Assembly: GCA_965228855.1 (NCBI GenBank) | Contig: CBDDIJ010000005.1 | Coordinates: forward strand, 608,001 to 672,000 | DNA length: 64,000 nucleotides | DNA from: Candidatus Obscuribacterales bacterium | GTDB lineage: Bacteria > Cyanobacteriota > Vampirovibrionia > Obscuribacterales > Obscuribacteraceae | Reading direction: 5' to 3' | Shown: piece by piece, positions 57,780-64,000 of the stretch | How the letters are laid out: every line of letters begins with the position of its first letter | Position numbering within the stretch: the stretch's first letter is position 1 | The notes under the pieces: model-generated | The model's input: only the letters and a program-made list of their open reading frames with translations | The model's database searches: none | What the model was told of the DNA's origin: nothing | Position numbers and translations under genes: made by a program

Positions 57780-60700
57780 TTACCATTTGAGTGCCACCGT
57801 CCTTGGTTTGGCGTGGAACTCGTACGGAGTGTTGGAAGACAACTGCATGATGATTGCGGAAGTCTTCAAGACACGCTCCTTAACTTTCTTCGCCTGACTG
57901 TGATTCGAAAGAATCATCGCCGAAAGCGGTTTAATACATTGAATTGCCCCAGGAACGGAAAATTCGCTCGTAAACGCTCGATGTCCGTTGCCGAGCTCAT
58001 GGCGGCTCAAACCTCGGTGCATGATCGATTCAACTGGATTGATGTCGGAAAACTGCTCGACACCAGCATGAGTTATGACTGCGTGGCTACCGGGCGATAA
58101 CGGTATGCTACGACCGGCCGCCTCAACAACTACGCTGTTTTTATGCAGATCGTTAACGTCGTAAACGGAGAGATGAGTGTCTTCTACTACCACCATTGCG
58201 ACTGCGTTTGCAGCGACTTTGACCTTGCCCTTCGGCGTGACGACAGTCGTGTCGCTCGTCGGAGCAAAGAGAACACTGCCGGAATTTACGGAGACAACAG
58301 CGCTATGTTTCATCTTCTCGACACCGTTGAAACCGACATCGCCAACAAATTCGATATCGCTGCAGATGCTCGCATTGACCATCGTTCCCTGAGGCGAAGT
58401 CGTAGTCATGTATGAGTCATCGACTTGCGAAACAGCTACTGTACTCAGATCGCCGCTCGTGAGAGCGCCGGAAGCGCCAGATGTAATCGTTGCGTTGTTC
58501 ATAGATATGTTCTGGACACCTTGAAGAACGGACGCTCCCAAACCGCTCAGGCTGGTAGAGTTCGCGGGTAGCAAGTTCAGCGCTGTATTGAGGGAGGAGA
58601 TGGAACCAAGTTCGTTCGAAATTGTTGCGGTTCCAAGAGCACCAGGTTGGGAATCTCCGCCAACACCGGCAAATTGACGAATAAGAACCGGCGTTCCTTC
58701 GGCAACTGGAGGGTCAGCAGTTATAGTGACGTTGCCCTCGAATACAATCGATTTCGGATTGAAGGTGCTGACATAAACATCTGCGCCCTGCGCGGTGAAC
58801 ACGTTCCCTGGCGCCGCAGCCTGAGCTTTCTTACCGCCGAAGAGCACGCTTCCGCCATTCTCAACGATCGTTACGTTCTTCTTGGGCGTCGGAATTTTGT
58901 TACCGGGAGATTGGGGAGCACCAAGGACAATGTTTATATTGCCGAGCCCAACTGTTTTCGCATTCGTCAAAACTGATGAGCCCGCACCGAATACGATCTT
59001 ATCCCGCTTCTTAACCGTTCCGACTTGAGTTATATCGATCTGGTCATGAGCCAGGAGAGTAATACCATCTGCAATATCAAGCACGTCTTGAGTGGCTTGA
59101 ATGGCGAGCGCGCCACCGGTCGATGTGATGTTCTGAGTGAGGTTCAATCCCCCGTTTGCCTTCAGCGATATATCGTCACCAGCGGTGATCGCAACAAAGT
59201 TGACTCCACCGGTTGCGGCACTTGTGACGAAGAAACCACCACCTGCGGTTCCACCTATAGACGTAACGTTTGCAGCCACCAGGAAGGGGTTATTCGCGTC
59301 GGTACCGACATTGCCGCTTACTGAGTTAAGGAGTAAAGTCGGAGTGTTCAGTGTTCCTGTGATGTTGGTCAGGTCACCATCCGTGGTGAGCGATACGCTG
59401 GTCGAGCCATTTATAGTGCTGGTGAGATCGAAGGCTCCACCAGTCGAGAGAGCGACTACAGCCGCGCTGTAGTCGCCGCCGGAGACCAGATCTCCAACCG
59501 TTGACACATCTAGAGTGCCTACAACTGAACTCGCGTTGAGCGTTGACGCTGCAACGTTATTGTTGTTGACGAAAACATTTTGGCCCGAAACCTGGAAAGT
59601 GTTGGCATTGATTTGCAGCTTATCCGAGGCATCCACACCAAGCGCGGCATTTGTATCCAGAGTGACGGCGTCGCCGTTTATCACTCCCGTGCCGCTAGAT
59701 GTAACGCCATCATCGGCGAACACGTTTGTGGTTCCTGTAGCTCCGATGCTATTTGATACGGCAAAGGTTCCGTTTGCAACATTGACCGTGAGGTCATCGA
59801 CCGTGAAGTCTGAGTTCGTAGTGACAGCGCCGCTAGCTACGTTTACAGTCAGGACGTCAACGCCCTGAGTGTCCAGGATCAAGTCGTCGGTCTCATTGAT
59901 AGTCAGATCAGTAGAGCCGGTTCCCGCGTTCGACAACAGTGTCGAAACGCTCGTGTTCAAGGTCACTGGTCCGTTGTTGAATGTGATGCTGAACTGACCA
60001 CCACCAACAACGCCGCTTGTTTGAGAGATTGTTCCATCCGCGTTGAACGTGATGAACGTAGCGCCGGAGACATTGCCGTTCAACAGTATGTCGCCGCCTG
60101 CTGACGTCTGAAGATTCAGATTATCTATGTTGATGGCGTTGGACGTGGTCGAAATCGTTCCGCTTGCGCTTACATCGAGATCTTGCGTGGCTCCTACGAT
60201 GTTATTGAGCACAATCGGACCTGTTTGGTTAAGCAAACTAATCGTGCCGCTTCCATTGGTATTCAACTCATTCAGTCCAGAGTTGGATATTGTTGCCGCA
60301 CCATCACCGACATTTACGTTCAAACGATTGGCGTTTACGCTCTGCACGTCGATATTATCGAGTGCGCCGAATGCACCTAGAAGGGTCACGTCCCCAGTCC
60401 CGGCAACGAGAGAGTTAACCGTCAGATCGCCACTGGTAGCCGTACCGACTCCAAAACTTCCAGTAAGAACTAAACCGTTTTGAACCGTTACCGGACCACC
60501 GACTATGGTCGGATTCGCCACGCTCAGTGCTACATTCCCGCTGTTCGTTCCACCGTTGGTGGTGACCGAGTCGATCGTAATACCGCCAGGAGCAGTAACC
60601 GTCACGTTGCCACCATTTATGGTGCCCGTAGTGTCGACGGTACCAAGGATGACGGAACCATCATTCAACGATCCGGCATTTGCAACTGCCACGAGGTTGC

Positions 60701-63700
60701 CACCACTGCCAGTGCCACCTGAAAGAACTATATCGACGTTAGTTAAATCAATCGACCCGCCATTGGCGCTGACGCCGGTGATCGTATACAAGCCAGGTCC
60801 CTGAATCTGACCGGCGGTAGCCGGTGTGAAGTCATAGCCAGCCATCAACGTCAACGAGCCGGAGCCACTGGCTCCGGACAAGTTAATCAAGGTTGAGCCG
60901 GTGGTAGTGATGTTGCCGGCGGCGAGAATCGCCAGATTTTGACCGACAAATACTAGATCGGAGGGAAGCAGCACATCGCCTGTACTGTTGGCGATTGTTC
61001 CATTATTCGAGCAAACGATCACTAGCGGATTGCCGGTGATAGTTCCATTGAATACGAGGTCGCAAGCATTGACAGTGAGCTTGTTCGTGCCTGTCACTGT
61101 CGCGCCGGCGTTGACGATAAACTGATCCGGTTCGTCGCCAACGCTGAACACTGCGTCGCCAGCTCCGTTCAGAAGAATTGCACCTGACAGGCTGATCCCG
61201 TGAGATGACGTCGCACTAAAGCCGTTTGCCGTCGTGTAAGTTCCACCAGAGATGGAAAGTGCACCAGCAGGTGAGTTATTGATGTTTATCTGGTCGAAGT
61301 TAGCAACAGAGCCGCTCGTCAAATTGTCCGTCGTGAGGCTGAGCGTGCCACTTCCTGCTATATTTCCGGCAAGCGCTATGCTGCCACCATTATCAGTGTC
61401 GATAGAGACGAAATCATTACCAGCCGATGCTTGAACGTTTACAGTTCCAGTACCCGAGTAAATTACGGATATATCACCACCACCAATTCCATTTGCCGTC
61501 AGCGATACAGGGTTAGCACCATTAGTGAAGACCAACTCATTGCCGCCAGTACCGATTCCACCGATACCTGCAAGAACCGTTAGTGACGGTGTCAAAAGCA
61601 GTCCATTTGTTTGTTGAATAGACCCGCTGCCCCCACCCTGAGTATTGAGTGTCATGGCGGTCGTCGCAGTGATGTCGTGGTCGATCAGAATGCTTCCGTT
61701 GTTATTAATGATATTCAGCGTGGCAACTGTGAAGTCACCTCCTGTAGTGACATTGCCGCCGCTGACCTGAGAAGCATTTATGTTGAGAGTTCCAACTGCT
61801 TGCGCGAGCAACTCGATGCCGTCAGCCTCATTGATGGTCAGAATTTGACCAGAACCACCCAGCGTCGCTAACTTCGCAGCATCCGTAGTGAGGGTTACCG
61901 GACCGGTGACGAATGAGACAGCCAAATCGCCGGTATTGATTGAGCCTGCTGTCTGAACCAGGGTGCCACCGGAAACGAGGGATGTTCCCGTGGACGCATC
62001 TATAGTACGAGCTATCGACAGGCTGTTACCGGCATCAAGAATGACGATGGGGGCAGTCAAATTGACTCCGTTGTCTTGAACAAGAAGTGTCGTGGCCGCA
62101 GCAACCGACAGGGTACCGGTCGCGGACGAATCGGACCTCAGCGTCAGAGAATTCGAATCATCGACATAAACGGAACCGGAAAACGCGTTCGCCTTTAAAA
62201 CATTCGTATCGATGGAAAGCGGCGCTAGTTCAGCTCCAATATCACCTGTGAGAGCAACCAGGTTGAGAGCCGCCGCATTCAATCCGCCGGAAATATTCGA
62301 GTTCGCGATGCCCGTTCCAGAGTTCAGCGTTATGCTCGCGACAGCATTGACTGCGCCATCCAGGTCAAAACCACCATCTGCAATCAGGGTTACGTCCTGA
62401 CCACCAATAGTCGAAGAACTGCTGATGTCGCCGGTCGAGACGGCTACAAAAGCGTTGCCGGCCGAGGAAGCTCCACCACCGAAGTTAACGTTTCCTGATT
62501 CGTCGCTTAGGAAAACGGAGCCTGTCGCATTTGCTCGAATGTTAACAGCATCAAAGCTGAAGTAGTCGACGCTGGCACCGATATCACCGGCGGTGACGTT
62601 CAGATTCAGCTGGTTGACCGGAACGCCCAAGCCGGACATCAATTCGCCTATAACGTTCGAGTTCAAAATCGAGTTAGCAGAGGTCAGCGAAATGCTGTTG
62701 ACGCCGATGATGTCATCATTAATCTGCAAAGTTCCAGTGTTAGCGAACAGCGCCACATCAGTTCCAATCAATTCGCCGGCCGTGGTCAGGTTGACATTCG
62801 ACGAAATCTGCAGAGTGTTCATCGCAGACGATTCATTTACGATGAGAGATCCGACGGGTTTCGTGACAAAGGCTGAGTCAGCCGAATGCACGGACACAGT
62901 TCCTGCAGTGATGGAAATAGGCGTAGCAAGCGTCCCTATGCTTCCTGTGGTCGTAATCAAGTTGAGTACCGGAGTCGTGATGGTCGACGCCAGGTCGGCC
63001 GAGACGATTCCCGCATCAGAAGCAATCGTGACCTGGCTCGTACCAGCGATTGCTGCGTTTACCGCGATATGACCGCCGCTGCCATCCTTTGCTTTCAATG
63101 TCACGTCGCTAGCTGAGATCGGCGCCGCAACGGTGATTGTCCCTTGAGCGGTCAAACTGAACGCTCCAGCAGCGCCTGATGCTCCACCTACACCGAGAGC
63201 CTGAGAGTTCTCAACCCAGACAGAGCCGAGAGGCGCATTGAGCGTCACAGAAGATACGCTCAAAGTCAGCGGGTCAAGCGCCGCGCCGATATTTCCTGTG
63301 GTTGACGTAGCAATCAATGTTGGGGTCACGAGTTGACCAGCACCGACTCCATTAAGGATGTCATCGTTGGAGGTCAGTGTAATACTCGTGGTTCCCGAGA
63401 TGACGTTATTGAATGTGAAACCGCCTGTGGTGGCGTTCAAATTCACATCGATGGCATCTATAGTCCCATCGTTCGAGAGGCTTCCGGAGGTCGCTGTGAA
63501 TGTCGTGCCCGCCGACGATGGCGCCGATCCGATGTTCATGGAACCAGCTGTGTCGGTCAAATTAACGAAGGTTGCCGCATTGGCAGTGACGGTTGAGAAG
63601 TCAACTGTCGTCACGTTAATACTACTTGTATCCGAAGTCAAATTGATGACCGGTGAACTAAGTCCACCAAGAATTGATGAATCATCGATCGCCCCATTGG

Positions 63701-64000
63701 CGGTCAAATTGATGTTGCTAGTTCCGGTCACCAGCGCATTGAGCGTCAGAGAGCCGCCCAGGGCCGTTAAATGAACGTCCTTAGCCGAGATGGTTCCAAG
63801 TGCACCGACCGTGAGATTGTTTGGCGCTGTCAGATCGAAGATATAGGAAGCTCCTGCGGAACTCGGTCCGGAGACGTTGACATCACCTGCGGTATCAGTA
63901 ATGAACACGTCATTAGCAGCCACTGCGACCAGGTTGGTTGCATCAATTTCAAGCGGTGATGAAGGAATCGAACCAATACTTCCAGCGGTCGAAACAAGCG
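57780..64000 (-). CDS. Second giant beta-helical repeat protein, paralog of the downstream gene; 5' end lies beyond the window
   Basis: Frame stays open to base 64000 (LVSTAGSIGSIPSSPLEIDATNLVA before the track's start); collinear with the C-terminal ~1950 aa of the 3878-aa protein. Confidence 0.88.
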   Translation of the reverse strand, partial: LVSTAGSIGSIPSSPLEIDATNLVAVAANDVFITDTAGDVNVSGPSSAGASYIFDLTAPNNLTVGALGTISAKDVHLTALGGSLTLNALVTGTSNINLTANGAIDDSSILGGLSSPVINLTSDTSSINVTTVDFSTVTANAATFVNLTDTAGSMNIGSAPSSAGTTFTATSGSLSNDGTIDAIDVNLNATTGGFTFNNVISGTTSITLTSNDDILNGVGAGQLVTPTLIATSTTGNIGAALDPLTLSVSSVTLNAPLGSVWVENSQALGVGGASGAAGAFSLTAQGTITVAAPISASDVTLKAKDGSGGHIAVNAAIAGTSQVTIASDAGIVSADLASTITTPVLNLITTTGSIGTLATPISITAGTVSVHSADSAFVTKPVGSLIVNESSAMNTLQISSNVNLTTAGELIGTDVALFANTGTLQINDDIIGVNSISLTSANSILNSNVIGELMSGLGVPVNQLNLNVTAGDIGASVDYFSFDAVNIRANATGSVFLSDESGNVNFGGGASSAGNAFVAVSTGDISSSSTIGGQDVTLIADGGFDLDGAVNAVASITLNSGTGIANSNISGGLNAAALNLVALTGDIGAELAPLSIDTNVLKANAFSGSVYVDDSNSLTLRSDSSATGTLSVAAATTLLVQDNGVNLTAPIVILDAGNSLSIARTIDASTGTSLVSGGTLVQTAGSINTGDLAVSFVTGPVTLTTDAAKLATLGGSGQILTINEADGIELLAQAVGTLNINASQVSGGNVTTGGDFTVATLNIINNNGSILIDHDITATTAMTLNTQGGGSGSIQQTNGLLLTPSLTVLAGIGGIGTGGNELVFTNGANPVSLTANGIGGGDISVIYSGTGTVNVQASAGNDFVSIDTDNGGSIALAGNIAGSGTLSLTTDNLTSGSVANFDQININNSPAGALSISGGTYTTANGFSATSSHGISLSGAILLNGAGDAVFSVGDEPDQFIVNAGATVTGTNKLTVNACDLVFNGTITGNPLVIVCSNNGTIANSTGDVLLPSDLVFVGQNLAILAAGNITTTGSTLINLSGASGSGSLTLMAGYDFTPATAGQIQGPGLYTITGVSANGGSIDLTNVDIVLSGGTGSGGNLVAVANAGSLNDGSVILGTVDTTGTINGGNVTVTAPGGITIDSVTTNGGTNSGNVALSVANPTIVGGPVTVQNGLVLTGSFGVGTATSGDLTVNSLVAGTGDVTLLGAFGALDNIDVQSVNANRLNVNVGDGAATISNSGLNELNTNGSGTISLLNQTGPIVLNNIVGATQDLDVSASGTISTTSNAINIDNLNLQTSAGGDILLNGNVSGATFITFNADGTISQTSGVVGGGQFSITFNNGPVTLNTSVSTLLSNAGTGSTDLTINETDDLILDTQGVDVLTVNVASGAVTTNSDFTVDDLTVNVANGTFAVSNSIGATGTTNVFADDGVTSSGTGVINGDAVTLDTNAALGVDASDKLQINANTFQVSGQNVFVNNNNVAASTLNASSVVGTLDVSTVGDLVSGGDYSAAVVALSTGGAFDLTSTINGSTSVSLTTDGDLTNITGTLNTPTLLLNSVSGNVGTDANNPFLVAANVTSIGGTAGGGFFVTSAATGGVNFVAITAGDDISLKANGGLNLTQNITSTGGALAIQATQDVLDIADGITLLAHDQIDITQVGTVKKRDKIVFGAGSSVLTNAKTVGLGNINIVLGAPQSPGNKIPTPKKNVTIVENGGSVLFGGKKAQAAAPGNVFTAQGADVYVSTFNPKSIVFEGNVTITADPPVAEGTPVLIRQFAGVGGDSQPGALGTATISNELGSISSLNTALNLLPANSTSLSGLGASVLQGVQNISMNNATITSGASGALTSGDLSTVAVSQVDDSYMTTTSPQGTMVNASICSDIEFVGDVGFNGVEKMKHSAVVSVNSGSVLFAPTSDTTVVTPKGKVKVAANAVAMVVVEDTHLSVYDVNDLHKNSVVVEAAGRSIPLSPGSHAVITHAGVEQFSDINPVESIMHRGLSRHELGNGHRAFTSEFSVPGAIQCIKPLSAMILSNHSQAKKVKERVLKTSAIIMQLSSNTPYEFHAKPRTVALKW

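Noticed and set aside
46137..63959. Numerous + strand ORFs opposite the giant genes
   Set aside because: Antisense shadows from biased codon and amino-acid usage; no SD sites or motifs.

Overview
Ordinary-looking chromosomal window with no recognisable mobile element, prophage or CRISPR array. The organism is probably a non-photosynthetic member of the Cyanobacteriota (Melainabacteria/Vampirovibrionia-like). This is inferred from a cyanobacteria-type signature in the 16S gene (GACTACTGGGGTATCTAATCCCATT), the absence of photosynthesis genes in the window, and the many Ser/Thr kinase, TPR and LRR genes. Recognisable genes: cysteine desulfurase, Lrp plus class I aminotransferase, class III aminotransferase, YbaK-type editing protein, lysophospholipase-like hydrolase, MBOAT plus SGNH acyl-transfer pair, GT-C glycosyltransferase, VOC protein, vWA protein, MFS transporter and paoABC. 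Most notable: (1) two tandem giant secreted beta-helical repeat proteins (3878 aa and >2070 aa) that share a conserved C-terminal domain ending in KPRTVAL(Q/K)W, with no classical secretion signature visible; (2) a stand-alone 16S rRNA gene with its own promoter, processing stem and terminator but no tRNA or 23S; (3) a NarL-type receiver fused through an eroded LuxR HTH to a Ser/Thr kinase, next to a sensor-less histidine kinase and an unannotated coiled-coil small ORF; (4) a putative dual peptidoglycan-hydrolase protein at the window start; (5) receptor kinases with a duplicated Cys motif, plus a kinase-less LRR counterpart. All family calls come from motif recognition by eye; no database search was run.
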